Origin: an uncultured Spirochaetota bacterium
Lineage (GTDB): Bacteria > Spirochaetota > Spirochaetia > SZUA-6 > Fen-1364
Length of the DNA: 64,000 nt
Reading direction: 5' to 3'
NCBI GenBank assembly: GCA_963820525.1
Contig: CAWGAA010000002.1
Span: forward strand, 544,001-608,000
The notes under the pieces were generated by a model that ran no database searches, was not told the DNA's origin, and saw only the letters and a list, made by a program, of their open reading frames with translations. A program made the position numbers and the translations under genes. Of this stretch, positions 37,899 to 47,986 are shown piece after piece. The first letter of the stretch is position 1. Each line of letters begins with the position of its first letter.

Positions 37899-38972
37899 TT
37901 ATGCAAGCACAGCCGGCAAGCCGAGAAACGCGCTATAGTGCTGTGCTGCCGCGGCAAGCGAATGTTCATCGGATTTCTTCGGCGACGTGAACCAACTCGG
38001 TGTGATGACGACGGAGTCTTTCTGCAATGTCCGTTTCCAAGTGCCAACGACCCGCCCGTTGATAACAATCGTCGGGCTCAACATACCCCCGCCAGCGTTC
38101 GTTTGCTTTACATGCAGCGGGTCCACTACAGCACTACGATCTCTGTAGCCAACCAGGTACTCATCAAAACCCGGCAACAGATGCGCGGCTCTCGCTTTGG
38201 TTTTTGCGGTGGGCAGGGACGAAGCAAGCCAATAGGTCTGGCCGCCGAGAATCTCCTTCGCCAGATGCGGCTTGACTATTTCAAGCCCCTCCCGTGCATC
38301 TGCCGCGGATAGTCCAGACCACCACACAAAATCTTGCAGCATAGCAGGTCCATGGCTCGTAAAGTAGCGCCTGGCGAGTTCTGCCAATGCGACATCATGT
38401 TCCATCCGCTTTGCCATGGGCGCCCATTCATCGAGCAAGGTGAAGGTTTGCTGTTTGCCAGCGCGTGCTCCAAAGCAGATCACGCCTTCTTGCGCCAGTC
38501 GTGCTAAGATGTGAATCCCCCGTTGCCCGGCCGGTGAAATATGCGCTGACTCCAGTACCCGATACATTGCCTCTCGCGAAAGTTGCTTGCCACCCTGGAG
38601 GGTACGGACGAACAATTCTTTGCTGCGGGAGAATGTGGCATCATCGAGGTCGAGTTGCCGGTAGCGCAACGTACGACCCACAAAGATTCGGGGCCTCAAC
38701 AGTTCGAGCATCCATCGGACATCTGACGCCGCCACGAAGTGCAGGGTACCGCGCAAGGGCCAGGTTCGGATGATCGTTCTATTGAAGAGGGCTCGTTCGA
38801 TATCAACTTCGGTCTTGTTTTGCACGCGAAGCCCGACCGCCCACAACGCACCGAGATAATCCTGCGCCTGGACAGCGCCCAGCCACCGCACGAGATCGCT
38901 TGGCGTATCAAACGCTGTCCCGGCAATGCGTTGGCTAAAGAGTCGGTGACGCGCGATATTCACGCGAGACAT
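37899..38972 (-). CDS. AlkZ/YcaQ-family (HTH_42) DNA glycosylase-like protein
   Basis: AVQAQD (QxQ), RTWPLRGTLH, YFTSHGPA, WWSGL, LLPGFDEYLVGY, GRVVGTW. Confidence 0.88.
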   Translation of the reverse strand: MSRVNIARHRLFSQRIAGTAFDTPSDLVRWLGAVQAQDYLGALWAVGLRVQNKTEVDIERALFNRTIIRTWPLRGTLHFVAASDVRWMLELLRPRIFVGRTLRYRQLDLDDATFSRSKELFVRTLQGGKQLSREAMYRVLESAHISPAGQRGIHILARLAQEGVICFGARAGKQQTFTLLDEWAPMAKRMEHDVALAELARRYFTSHGPAMLQDFVWWSGLSAADAREGLEIVKPHLAKEILGGQTYWLASSLPTAKTKARAAHLLPGFDEYLVGYRDRSAVVDPLHVKQTNAGGGMLSPTIVINGRVVGTWKRTLQKDSVVITPSWFTSPKKSDEHSLAAAAQHYSAFLGLPAVLA

Positions 38973-39067
38973 TTCATGATTCCTCGAGGTCACCTGCAGA
39001 GACCGACGAAGCCGCAATCCATTGATCTCCTCGTCGTCATCGTCGGCTCAGGGATTCGCCTCCCCCG

Positions 39068-40057
39068 TCAGAGGGATTCCCCCCATTGGATGGTCGGCAT
39101 GAGTTCTACGGAGTGGACTTGGTTGTCTGCGGATTTCTGCATATCCAAAAAGAGAGAGACAGCGATCTCACCCACTTTTTCGATGGGGTATTCGACGGTG
39201 GACAGCTTCGGGGTAATGTAACGGAGAGCATGGATCGAGTCGAATCCCATCAGCCCCACATCTGCCGGAACGGCGAGCCCTCGGGCCTTGATATCGTTGA
39301 GGATTTCCAGTGCGAAGATATCGCTGCAGCAGACGATCGCGGTCCGTGGTTGGGACAGGTCCATCCCGCGTATCTCACCGACGTAGTCGCCTGCCGTAGA
39401 GACGATTTGGTACTGCATGCCCGGGTGCGCGGACAGGGTCTCGCTGAACCCTGCAAACCGCTCGTCGATCTCGTAGAGGTTCGCCCTTTCTTCATCGATA
39501 TTCAGGGGACCGACGAATATCAGCCGCCGATAGCCCTTTTGAATGATGGTTTCCGTTACCTCACGCATGATGGCTCTGTCGGAGAGCCCGACGAACGGCA
39601 GCCCTTCCGCGACCTTGTTGGCGATCGTGACGATCGGGCGGTTCAACCCCTGGAGAAAAGCGCCAAAGCCGTCTCCGGAGGCGGTCGGAAAAAGAATGAT
39701 ACCGTCCACATTCTGCGCCACCATGTGCTCCAGCACGGTCCTTTCGCGCGCCGCGTCGCGCAGCGACACGGAAAGCCGGATGAAGTAGTGATGGCTCCAG
39801 GAGATCGCCTGGATGACGTTCACGAGCTGCGCAAAGAACTCGTTATCCAGGTCGTGAACGATGAGACCGATCTCGTAGGTCCGCCCGATCTTCAGGTTCC
39901 GGGCGACAACATTCGGCTTGTAATTGAACTCGCGTGCTTTTTCGAGGACCATCGCGCGAGTTCGGGGGCTTATTCCGGGCCTGTTTCGGAACGCCCTATC
40001 AACCGTCGCAAGCGAAACCCCGCATATTCTCGCCAGGTCCTTGATGGTTATCCCCAT
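39068..40057 (-). CDS. LacI family transcriptional regulator
   Basis: TIKDLARICGVSLATVDRA, YKPN, CSD, GFD, LSTV. Confidence 0.95.
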   Translation of the reverse strand: MGITIKDLARICGVSLATVDRAFRNRPGISPRTRAMVLEKAREFNYKPNVVARNLKIGRTYEIGLIVHDLDNEFFAQLVNVIQAISWSHHYFIRLSVSLRDAARERTVLEHMVAQNVDGIILFPTASGDGFGAFLQGLNRPIVTIANKVAEGLPFVGLSDRAIMREVTETIIQKGYRRLIFVGPLNIDEERANLYEIDERFAGFSETLSAHPGMQYQIVSTAGDYVGEIRGMDLSQPRTAIVCCSDIFALEILNDIKARGLAVPADVGLMGFDSIHALRYITPKLSTVEYPIEKVGEIAVSLFLDMQKSADNQVHSVELMPTIQWGESL

Positions 40058-40060
40058 ACG

Positions 40061-42127
40061 TCAGCCATCCCCTTCCACCGAGATCCTCACGACTTCCCAG
40101 AGCACGACGCGCGATACCGTGATCCGTGTATCGGCCCCCGATACCGATGTGCTCCACTCCGATCCTTCCCTCAGTGTTTCGACGGCGTTGACCCTCTTGC
40201 CGTGCACAACGACGCACACGTCGGAAACGGCAACCGCCTCTTCCATGTACTCATACGACCGTTGATAATTCCCGTCGACCGTGTCCATGAGGCCGCAGCA
40301 CAAGCCAGGCTCCACGTTCGGGTTGAGAAGGTGCACATAGAAATCAGCGCCATTCTGAGCAATTGAGAAATCCATTCTCAAAGGAATTTCCAAGGTGATA
40401 ACGGGAGGGGAAACCAATCGCTCGATCACGCCGCCGATCATGCCGCGGATTTCCCGAGCCGGCTCCTTCGCGTAATGAAAGAACAGCGGCTGCGGGAACA
40501 GAACGAACGTGCCCTTACCGAGCGTGCGCTCGATCAAGCAGGGGACATCCGATGGCTCATAGGGGGAAGGGAGGTTGTTATGGAAGAATTCGGTATTCCC
40601 GTTCTCGCAGATGGGATTCACTATCATTCCCTGGGTACCGCTGCCCGCACGATAGCACCTGAAGCTTCCACGAACAAGCACGTCCCGTTCTTTGTACTCG
40701 GGGTGCCGTGCAAACGAGATGGAAAAAGGCGAGATTTCTCCCGCGGTTATGGTGAAGATATCCTCCAGTTCTTGTTTCGTGCTGCCCGAGCTGCCGACCT
40801 CTCCAGCTGCGATCAAGCAGCCGCCGCGCTCGATGAATTCCTTGAAAACCTCCCATTCCTTTTCTGATACGCGCGAAACCGCTGGAAGGAGCAGCACCTG
40901 TATCCCACGGAGGCCTTCGAGGGACACGCTTTCGTCGAATATGAAATCCACCGGAAGCCGAAGATCATGAAGCAGGCGAAAAGCCCCCGATATATTGCGG
41001 ATGAAGGTCGGCTGTTCCGGGCAGGAATCCTTTGTTTTCTGGGAATGGTAGATTGCTGCGTATCGCGGGAAACCACCCTGGACAGTTCGCGCCATCCTGG
41101 TTATCTCTTGGAAGATCTCCTTGAAGTCATGATCGTAGAGTTTCTCGTCGATTCTCCCGTCGTAGTACGGTTGGTCGTCTATCGTAACCGTTGCCCCATG
41201 AGAAAACGCGGCAAACGCCTCGTAGGAGAGGAATGGTTTCGGTTTCTTGGAGTAGTCCCATGTGTTGATGAACCTGCTGATGAGGGTCTCATAAGGCCGT
41301 CCCTCCGCCACCCCGCGAAGAAAGATCGGGAAAAAGGATGAGGCCCGTATGCCCGTCCAGTCTGAATAGGCTTCACCAGTGATGAAATCAGCCGACCTCA
41401 CAGAGCCTACCGCGCGGCTGCCCATTTCCGGGGAGGAATACGGATACCCCCAGTAATTGTTCGTGAGCGCAAGCCCGCCCTTTGCCGAGCGGACAAGGCC
41501 GGCGATTTCACCGTAAAAGGCCTCAACGTAGTCGTACCTGAACTCTACGAGCCGGCCGTACCAGGGATCTCCTCGGCCTGCGGGGATGGGCGCGCCAAAG
41601 GTTTGCAAGTATTTGCGCCTGCAATACTCGCAGCTGCAGTTTCCATCTCCGATGATGGTCATGTCGATCCACATGCCGTCTATCGGCTTTAAAGCGATCA
41701 GCTGTACGTGCCGTTTCACGAGCTCGGCGTACGGGGAATTGATGCAGAGCGTCTTCCAGCGCTGCCCGGATTTTCCACGCTCTCCGTCCGAGCCGACGGT
41801 CAACCATTCCGGGTGCTCGGCGGCAATCCTCTCATCCCACGCCACGGAATAGTATGCAATCACCCTGACGCCGTTCGGGCGCAGGCGTGCGGCAAGCTCT
41901 TCGAGCAGGTCCGTATTGCCCAGGCCGGGGTGCAGGCGCTCGCCCTCGATGCGGGTGTAGAAATTTCCATACTGGCATTTCGCGTAAAGGACGGCGGAAT
42001 CCGCCCCCGTTTCACGGATTTTATCCGCTATTCTTGCGGGATCGAAGGCTGCGGCGACACCCTTCGCCGGCCATGAGGGAAGATGCATGTCGAGGAAAAT
42101 CCTGGTCTTGCTCTCATCAATGAACAT
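40061..42127 (-). CDS. Glycoside hydrolase, GHL6/GH151 (fucosidase)-like, with beta-galactosidase trimerisation-like domain
   Basis: FLDMH, FDPARIA, YAKCQYG, HPGL, HPEW, LCINSPY, DGMWID, CSCEYC. Confidence 0.75.
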   Translation of the reverse strand: MFIDESKTRIFLDMHLPSWPAKGVAAAFDPARIADKIRETGADSAVLYAKCQYGNFYTRIEGERLHPGLGNTDLLEELAARLRPNGVRVIAYYSVAWDERIAAEHPEWLTVGSDGERGKSGQRWKTLCINSPYAELVKRHVQLIALKPIDGMWIDMTIIGDGNCSCEYCRRKYLQTFGAPIPAGRGDPWYGRLVEFRYDYVEAFYGEIAGLVRSAKGGLALTNNYWGYPYSSPEMGSRAVGSVRSADFITGEAYSDWTGIRASSFFPIFLRGVAEGRPYETLISRFINTWDYSKKPKPFLSYEAFAAFSHGATVTIDDQPYYDGRIDEKLYDHDFKEIFQEITRMARTVQGGFPRYAAIYHSQKTKDSCPEQPTFIRNISGAFRLLHDLRLPVDFIFDESVSLEGLRGIQVLLLPAVSRVSEKEWEVFKEFIERGGCLIAAGEVGSSGSTKQELEDIFTITAGEISPFSISFARHPEYKERDVLVRGSFRCYRAGSGTQGMIVNPICENGNTEFFHNNLPSPYEPSDVPCLIERTLGKGTFVLFPQPLFFHYAKEPAREIRGMIGGVIERLVSPPVITLEIPLRMDFSIAQNGADFYVHLLNPNVEPGLCCGLMDTVDGNYQRSYEYMEEAVAVSDVCVVVHGKRVNAVETLREGSEWSTSVSGADTRITVSRVVLWEVVRISVEGDG

Positions 42128-42138
42128 TCATGTCCCCG

Positions 42139-42981
42139 CTATCCCTTGATCCCGGTGGAGGAAATTCCCACCACATAGTAGCGCTGCAGGAAGATAAAAA
42201 TCGCAATGACCGGGATCGCGCTGATGAAGATCCCGGCGAACAACAAGGCGGTGTCGATGAAGAACATGTGGGAATAGATGTCGGCTATCGCCACTTGAAG
42301 GAGCATGAGATTCTTGTTCGATATGAAGGTCACCGGGATGAGGAAATTATCCCACTGCTGAAGGAAAACGATGAGCCCAAGGGTAACCAGCGCCGTGCGG
42401 CAGAGCGGGATCATGATCCTCAGGAATACGACGAGCTTGCTGCAGCCGTCGATCTCCGCGGCTTCATCGAGCTCCGTGGGGATTCCCGCCATGAACTGAC
42501 GCATGAAAAAGATCCCGAAGCCGGTCGCGCAGAACGGCAAGATGAGGGAAGCGAGCCTGTTCATCAGCCCGAGCTCCTTCACAATCCGGTACAGCGGCAC
42601 AATGAGGATTTCAATGGGCAGGATCATCGTGGCGATAACGATGGCAAACACGACGTTCTTGCCGCGAAAAGTGAACCGGGCAAAGGCATAGGCCGCCGCC
42701 GCATTGACGAGCAGGCTCAGGAAGGTGACGCTCAAACAGACGAACAACGTCACGGCGAACACGCGAAGCATGTTCACCGCCTTGAAAAGGCGGTCGAAGT
42801 TGCCCAGCGTGAAGCGCTCCGGCACGAAAGAGTGAAGGGATATTCCGGTCAGTCTGACGATCTCCTCATTGCTTCGAAATGCCAACGAGAGGCTCCAGAT
42901 CAAGGGTAAGAGCACCACCAGCGAGAGAAGGGTCAGGAGTACGCCGCGAACGGCCGAGCCGCCGGAGAATCTAGCGTGCAT
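42139..42981 (-). CDS. Carbohydrate ABC permease (MalG-like)
   Basis: AAYAFAR, IPTELDEAAEIDG, QWDNFL, LQRY. Confidence 0.93.
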   Translation of the reverse strand: MHARFSGGSAVRGVLLTLLSLVVLLPLIWSLSLAFRSNEEIVRLTGISLHSFVPERFTLGNFDRLFKAVNMLRVFAVTLFVCLSVTFLSLLVNAAAAYAFARFTFRGKNVVFAIVIATMILPIEILIVPLYRIVKELGLMNRLASLILPFCATGFGIFFMRQFMAGIPTELDEAAEIDGCSKLVVFLRIMIPLCRTALVTLGLIVFLQQWDNFLIPVTFISNKNLMLLQVAIADIYSHMFFIDTALLFAGIFISAIPVIAIFIFLQRYYVVGISSTGIKG

Positions 42982-43861
42982 CGTGAACCTCCCCTATCTT
43001 GAGCTGGACGAGGTTGATGCCCAGAATGAAGACAAACATGACCATCGCGATCGCGGCGGCGTAGCCGATGTCGCCCAGCTTGAACGCCGTCCGCCAGATG
43101 AAATACACCAGGAGGTCTGTTCTTCCCCGCGGTCCGCCATCCGTCATGACGTAGACGGGCGTGAATACCTTGATGAATGAATCCATCGTGGTCACCACGA
43201 CGACGAAGAGGATGGTCCGCTTGAGGAGGGGAAGGGTGATGAACCGGACCTTCTGTGCGGGCCTGACGCCGTCCAGGTACGCCGCCTCGTAGAGCTCGTT
43301 CGGGATCTCCTTCAATCCGGCGATAAAGATCATCATGAAGAAGGCAAACGATTTCCAGATGCAAGCGACGATCATGCTGCCGAGAGCTTGGGCGGGGTTG
43401 GAAAGGAAGCCCTGCCGCCCGATGCCGAGAGCGCCCAGAAATCCGTTGATTAGGCCAAAATCGGGGTTGTAGAGGAATTTCCACAGGAACGCAACGACAA
43501 CGAACGAAAGAACGACGGGAATGAAGAAAAGAGTCCGTACTGCGCCCATCAGCTTTTTTTCAGATTGCACCAGCAGGGCTACGGCAAGCGCCATCGATGT
43601 CTGGACGATGACGACGACGACCATGAAAGTCACGCTCGCCGTGAGGGAGGAATAGAAATCACTGCTGGTAAAGAGAGTGATGTAATTATCAAGCCCGACT
43701 AGGGAGGTTGTGCCTATGATGCTCGCCTTGCAGAAGCTGAGGTAGATCATATTCACGCCGGGATAGATGATGAAAACGAGGATGACCGCCAGCGCGGGGG
43801 CCAGGAACAGGTACGGTGTCGCGATCCATCCTCTTCTTCGGGTCAACTTTGTCATGTTCAT
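42971..43861 (-). CDS. Carbohydrate ABC permease (MalF-like)
   Basis: YLFLAP, VGLDNY, RTLFFIP, IPNELYEAAYLDG, TDGGP. Confidence 0.93.
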   Translation of the reverse strand: MNMTKLTRRRGWIATPYLFLAPALAVILVFIIYPGVNMIYLSFCKASIIGTTSLVGLDNYITLFTSSDFYSSLTASVTFMVVVVIVQTSMALAVALLVQSEKKLMGAVRTLFFIPVVLSFVVVAFLWKFLYNPDFGLINGFLGALGIGRQGFLSNPAQALGSMIVACIWKSFAFFMMIFIAGLKEIPNELYEAAYLDGVRPAQKVRFITLPLLKRTILFVVVVTTMDSFIKVFTPVYVMTDGGPRGRTDLLVYFIWRTAFKLGDIGYAAAIAMVMFVFILGINLVQLKIGEVHDAR

Positions 43862-43914
43862 ACCCTCTATTCGGCGCGGGGCCCGCAGGCCCCGCGCTTT
43901 CCCTGCAAGTACGG

Positions 43915-45174
43915 TTATTTCAGGGCTCGTTCCATTTTCGCCACAGCGTCCGCGACCGCCTTGTCGACGTCCTCGCCCAAAGCAACCGCGTTGAAACAGT
44001 CCATGACGGCATACGTAATGGGGGGATACACGGGCGTCACCGGCCGGCACCGAGCGGTCTGCACGAGCTGTTCCTTGATGATGTTAAAGGGCGGCTTCGA
44101 CAAATCGGTTTTTTCGAGCACAGATTGTCGGGCGGGAAGGTTGCCCGTCTCCGAGCAGTACACATACGCTCCATCCTTGCCGGTTATGGCACGCACAACC
44201 TGCCAGGCGAGCTGCTTGTTTTTCGACTGCGCGCTTATGGCGAGGTTCCAACTTCCCGAATTGCTCGCGGCTGCAACCCCCTTCGGGAGCGGCATGGCGC
44301 CCCACTTGTTGGCCTTGAAGAACTCGGGGAAACTCCGCTGCCATTCTCCGATCATCCACGGACCGGTGATCCACATGGCAACCTTTTCGGCCTCGAAGCC
44401 CCCGCTCATCGGAACGGCGGGCGCGGCGCTGAACTTCTGGAAAAGGTCTTGATAGAAATGGAGCGCTTTCTTGCTGGCTGGGCTGTCGAAGTAGCCCTTC
44501 GCGGTTTTTCCGTCCTTGCTGAGGATATCCCCGCCGAACCACCAGGTCCAGAGCATCTGGGTGTAGCTCATGCCCTCGTTCCTTTGATCGTTGGAGAACA
44601 TTTGCGGGAGTATCCCGTACACGGTCACTTTCCCGCTCGAATCCTTCTTGGTCAGCTTGATGGCGGCTTGGAGGAGCTGGTCCACGGTCCATGCGTCGGA
44701 AAGCTTTGTCGGCGCTGTGAGCTTGGCGGCCTTGAACATGTCCTTGTTGTAATACAGCACGCAGTTCGATTCGTTGAGTGGGGCGGCCCAGATTTTCCCG
44801 TTCCACGTCATGGCCGAGCGGGCGGAGCCGACGAGGTCATTGTAATCCGCCTTATCCCAATACGCATCGAGCGGCTCGAGCGCACCCGCGCCGGCGTAAT
44901 AGGCGATATTGGGAGCGTCCATGCAGATCACGTCTCCCACATCTCCGCTCGCGATCGTCAGCTTCAGCTTGGATTCATAGTCATTCTGCACCACGGTCCT
45001 GAAATCGACTTTGTCCGCAATCCCCGCCTTCTGTAAGGCGTCGGTCATCTGCTGAGGCCAGAGATCGGGAAACGTGTCGATGATGACCTTGGCATTGTCC
45101 GCGAACAGGCTCTGGCCCCAAAGGGAGAGCCCCAACATCGCAATCAATGCCGTTCTCAACCAGGTCTTTTTCAT
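43915..45174 (-). CDS. Sugar ABC substrate-binding protein
   Basis: Signal peptide, LEPLD, LYYNKDMF, GPW, PLP. Confidence 0.92.
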   Translation of the reverse strand: MKKTWLRTALIAMLGLSLWGQSLFADNAKVIIDTFPDLWPQQMTDALQKAGIADKVDFRTVVQNDYESKLKLTIASGDVGDVICMDAPNIAYYAGAGALEPLDAYWDKADYNDLVGSARSAMTWNGKIWAAPLNESNCVLYYNKDMFKAAKLTAPTKLSDAWTVDQLLQAAIKLTKKDSSGKVTVYGILPQMFSNDQRNEGMSYTQMLWTWWFGGDILSKDGKTAKGYFDSPASKKALHFYQDLFQKFSAAPAVPMSGGFEAEKVAMWITGPWMIGEWQRSFPEFFKANKWGAMPLPKGVAAASNSGSWNLAISAQSKNKQLAWQVVRAITGKDGAYVYCSETGNLPARQSVLEKTDLSKPPFNIIKEQLVQTARCRPVTPVYPPITYAVMDCFNAVALGEDVDKAVADAVAKMERALK

Positions 45175-45205
45175 TTACAGATACCTCCTAGAAACTTATT
45201 ACGTA

Positions 45206-45252
45206 CCGGTAACGTTACCTTTGATTATAGGTAACGTTACCGGCTTTGTCAA
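45206..45252 (-). promoter_or_regulatory. Perfect sigma-70 promoter with tandem LacI-type operators
   Basis: TTGACA (45252-45247)-N17-TATAAT (45229-45224). Palindrome GGTAACGTTACC at 45208-45219 and 45230-45241. Confidence 0.9.
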
Positions 45253-45424
45253 GAAATATTTTTTATTTTTTTTGGTTTCTGGACGCCCAGTAACCACCAA
45301 TAGAGTCACGCTAGCATTTATTTACTCTAATATCTCTAAAACAGTGATCAAGTCTGTGCGAACATGCCGTGTGGCTTTTTCAAGCGAGATGATTCAACAT
45401 GCAGATCCGGCAGTAGCAAGATCT

Positions 45425-45808
45425 TCACACTCCAATCAGGCCCCTGCGGATGCCTTCCTTCACGGCCTCGGCGCGGTTGGCAGCATCGAGCTTCCTGAGG
45501 AGCGACTCGACGTGGAACTTGGCGGTATGGGTGCTGAAGTCGAGCCGGGAGGCGATCTCTTTGTTGGCAAGCCCCTCCGCGAGGAGGCCGAGTACCTGCA
45601 CCTCCCGGGGAGTAAGGGCGGGCTCGGCGTTCCAGGCCTCGACAACGGCATCGACATCGACGCCGGCGCCTCCGCCCGGTCCGATCCCGTCCCCCGCCGG
45701 CTCCGAGGAGAGGTCCCCCAGCCCCGAGAGACGCTCGATGATGAGTGCCCGAAGCTCCCGGTCTCGCGCCCGCACAACAATGCGCGCCCGCGGGCTCGTA
45801 TGTTTCAT
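45425..45808 (-). CDS. LuxR-type HTH regulator with truncated receiver-like N-terminus
   Basis: LTPREVQVLGLLAEGLANKEIA...TAKFHV...NRAEAV. Confidence 0.9.
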   Translation of the reverse strand: MKHTSPRARIVVRARDRELRALIIERLSGLGDLSSEPAGDGIGPGGGAGVDVDAVVEAWNAEPALTPREVQVLGLLAEGLANKEIASRLDFSTHTAKFHVESLLRKLDAANRAEAVKEGIRRGLIGV

Positions 45809-46692
45809 ACGCCGTCTATGGAGACCGAAACCTTTCGCGGTGCGCCGCCCCGCAGGATCTCCACCTCGACTCCCGCGCCTGCACCGCTTTCCGCCATCAG
45901 GGTGACAAGCTCCTCATGATCCCTCACCGGCGATCCGGCAAACCCCACAAGGATGTCGCCCACTGCTAGGCTCGCGCGCTCGGCGGCGCTGGCCGCATCC
46001 ACGGAGATCAGGAGCAGCCCCGTCTCCTGCCGATCCTTCAGGGCGGCCCGCGCCTCTCTGGGGAGCGGGACGGCCTGGCTCCGGATCCCGAGGTAGGGCC
46101 TACGCACGCTTCCCTTTTCCTCCAAGAGCTTTGCCCGGGCGAGCGCCATCTCCGCCGGGATGGCGACCTCTGCCCCCATGCGGCGGTTGAAGACCTGGAT
46201 ACCCACAAAGGCTCCTTCGGCGTTGGCCAGCGGCCCGCCCGTGGTCCCTATCATGCGGTCGGCGTCGGTTTGAAGGTAGCGCTCCAGGATACCGCTCCTG
46301 CCCAGTCTCAGCTTCGAGCCGCTCGCGCTCACCATGGCAAGCGAGGCGTTGATGCCGTCGAAGGTGTCGCGCTTCAGAGACACAACCAGGTCTCCTACTT
46401 CGACCGCAGCCGTGGCGGGCTCCGGCGACTGGCCCCCGGATTCCAGCCGCAGGAGCGCCAGATCATGGATGGGGTCACGGCCCGCCACCTTCGCCGTGAT
46501 CTTCTTGCCATCGGGCATGATGACCTCGATTCCCTCGTCGGGCACCAGGTGGCTTGCGGTCAACACCTTTCCTCCACCGATCAGGACGCCGCTCACGGCG
46601 TAGGGCTCCCGTTCAAGGCCTACGGTGTACTCGGCGGCTTTCTGGATGGCTCGCCGCAGCGAGGTGGACAATTCCTTCAATGCATTCGCCAT
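45805..46692 (-). CDS. HtrA/S1C-like protease domain + PDZ (catalytic Ser replaced by Thr)
   Basis: VLTASH, DPIHDLALL, QTDA....GTTGGPL, RPYLGI, AAERASLAVGDIL. Confidence 0.85.
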   Translation of the reverse strand: MANALKELSTSLRRAIQKAAEYTVGLEREPYAVSGVLIGGGKVLTASHLVPDEGIEVIMPDGKKITAKVAGRDPIHDLALLRLESGGQSPEPATAAVEVGDLVVSLKRDTFDGINASLAMVSASGSKLRLGRSGILERYLQTDADRMIGTTGGPLANAEGAFVGIQVFNRRMGAEVAIPAEMALARAKLLEEKGSVRRPYLGIRSQAVPLPREARAALKDRQETGLLLISVDAASAAERASLAVGDILVGFAGSPVRDHEELVTLMAESGAGAGVEVEILRGGAPRKVSVSIDGV

Positions 46693-46835
46693 ATCGAACC
46701 CCCTGTTCTGCAATCAAGGTACAGCGGGGAGTCGGCCGTGGGTACTCGCCGAACGGGCAGGCTGACCGCGTGATCCGCAGGCGGGACAAGCGCATCAGCT
46801 CACCTCCATGGCGGCGCCCGGATTCGAGGATAGCG

Positions 46836-46862
46836 CTATTTCCACCAGAACAGCGACTCGAA
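46836..46862. repeat. 27-bp copy of the 3' end of the glycosyltransferase gene at 52408-52434
   Basis: CTATTTCCACCAGAACAGCGACTCGAA versus CTATTTCCACCGGAACAGCGACTCGAA (26/27 identical). Confidence 0.9.
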
Positions 46863-46948
46863 AATCTCTTGTCGTATACGGCCGACAGGCCCACAAGCCT
46901 GGCGGCCATGCCGTGGGGGGGTGCGGGCGTCATGGCGAAAAACGTCGC

Positions 46949-47986
46949 TCAGCGCAGAGAGGTTCCGCTGATGGGGCCGGTGGATTCGCGCACGACGAGC
47001 TCCGGATTGATCAGAATCTTTCTTGGCGTCGGATCCTTTCCGCTCATCGCGTGGATCAGCAGGTCTATCGCGGCCGCGCCGAGGCTGCGCATCTTGAGGT
47101 CAACCGATGTGAGTTGCACGTGGCCGCTCATCGCCAGTGACGTGTTGTCGTGTCCGACAACCGAGAGCTCCCCAGGCACCGCTATTCCCTCGCGCGCCGC
47201 CGCCTTGAGAACACCCACCGCCATGAGGTCGTTGCACGCGAATATCGCGCTGGGGAAGGATTTCCCGCGGAAAAGGGCGGTCGACGCCTCTTCGGCGAGG
47301 CCAATCGCCTCCGTGGTGTTGCCCTGCTCGATCACGATCAGTCTGTCGGGCGCAGGCGCCGCCCCGAGATCCGTCAGGTAGCGCCGCCACGCCTCCTCTT
47401 TGATGTCGTAGGAGTAGCCTTCCCTGCCCCTCAAAAAGCCGATGTCGACATGCCCGAGCGCCCGCAGGTGCTCCATCACCATGCGCATGCCGAGGATCTG
47501 GTCGATGACAACTGAATTGACCTCGCAAATCTCAGAGTTCGAGTGCACGAGGACGAGCGGTACGCGCGCCGAAGTGCTGCTGAACAAGCCCGAGGCGTGA
47601 CCCTCGTTCGATGGGTCGATGAGGATGATCCCATCGACGCGCCTGGCGAGAAGGCCGAAGAGGTAGCGCTGCTCGCTCGCGATGTCGCCGTCCGTGGAGC
47701 AGAGGAAGAGCATGAAGCCCATCTCCCTCAGCCTTCGCTCGATGGCGTCCGTTATCTCCAGGTAGTAGGAGTTGCTTATGCTCGTGACGACGAGCCCTAT
47801 CGCAAACGACTGTTTGCTCGTGAGCCCCTTCGCGAGGTAGTTGGGAATATACCCCATTCGCTTGATCGCCGTTTCGACCTTGCGGCGGTTCTCCTCGCGC
47901 ACGGTCATGCCGTTCAGGACCCTGGAGACGGTGGCGGTGGAAACCCCTGCCTCGCGTGCTACATCGATGATGTTCGTGTTTGGCGT
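46949..47986 (-). CDS. LacI family regulator; probable non-canonical ACG start
   Basis: HTH NIIDVAREAGVSTATVSRVLNG lies in frame upstream of the ATG at 47908. In-frame TAA at 48001-47999, with no ATG/GTG/TTG between. Confidence 0.88.
   Translation of the reverse strand, partial: TPNTNIIDVAREAGVSTATVSRVLNGMTVREENRRKVETAIKRMGYIPNYLAKGLTSKQSFAIGLVVTSISNSYYLEITDAIERRLREMGFMLFLCSTDGDIASEQRYLFGLLARRVDGIILIDPSNEGHASGLFSSTSARVPLVLVHSNSEICEVNSVVIDQILGMRMVMEHLRALGHVDIGFLRGREGYSYDIKEEAWRRYLTDLGAAPAPDRLIVIEQGNTTEAIGLAEEASTALFRGKSFPSAIFACNDLMAVGVLKAAAREGIAVPGELSVVGHDNTSLAMSGHVQLTSVDLKMRSLGAAAIDLLIHAMSGKDPTPRKILINPELVVRESTGPISGTSLR

Noticed and set aside
39049..39087. Short echo (GGGATTC) of the lacI 3' end as an insertion scar
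   Set aside because: Only about 8 bp match, compatible with chance.
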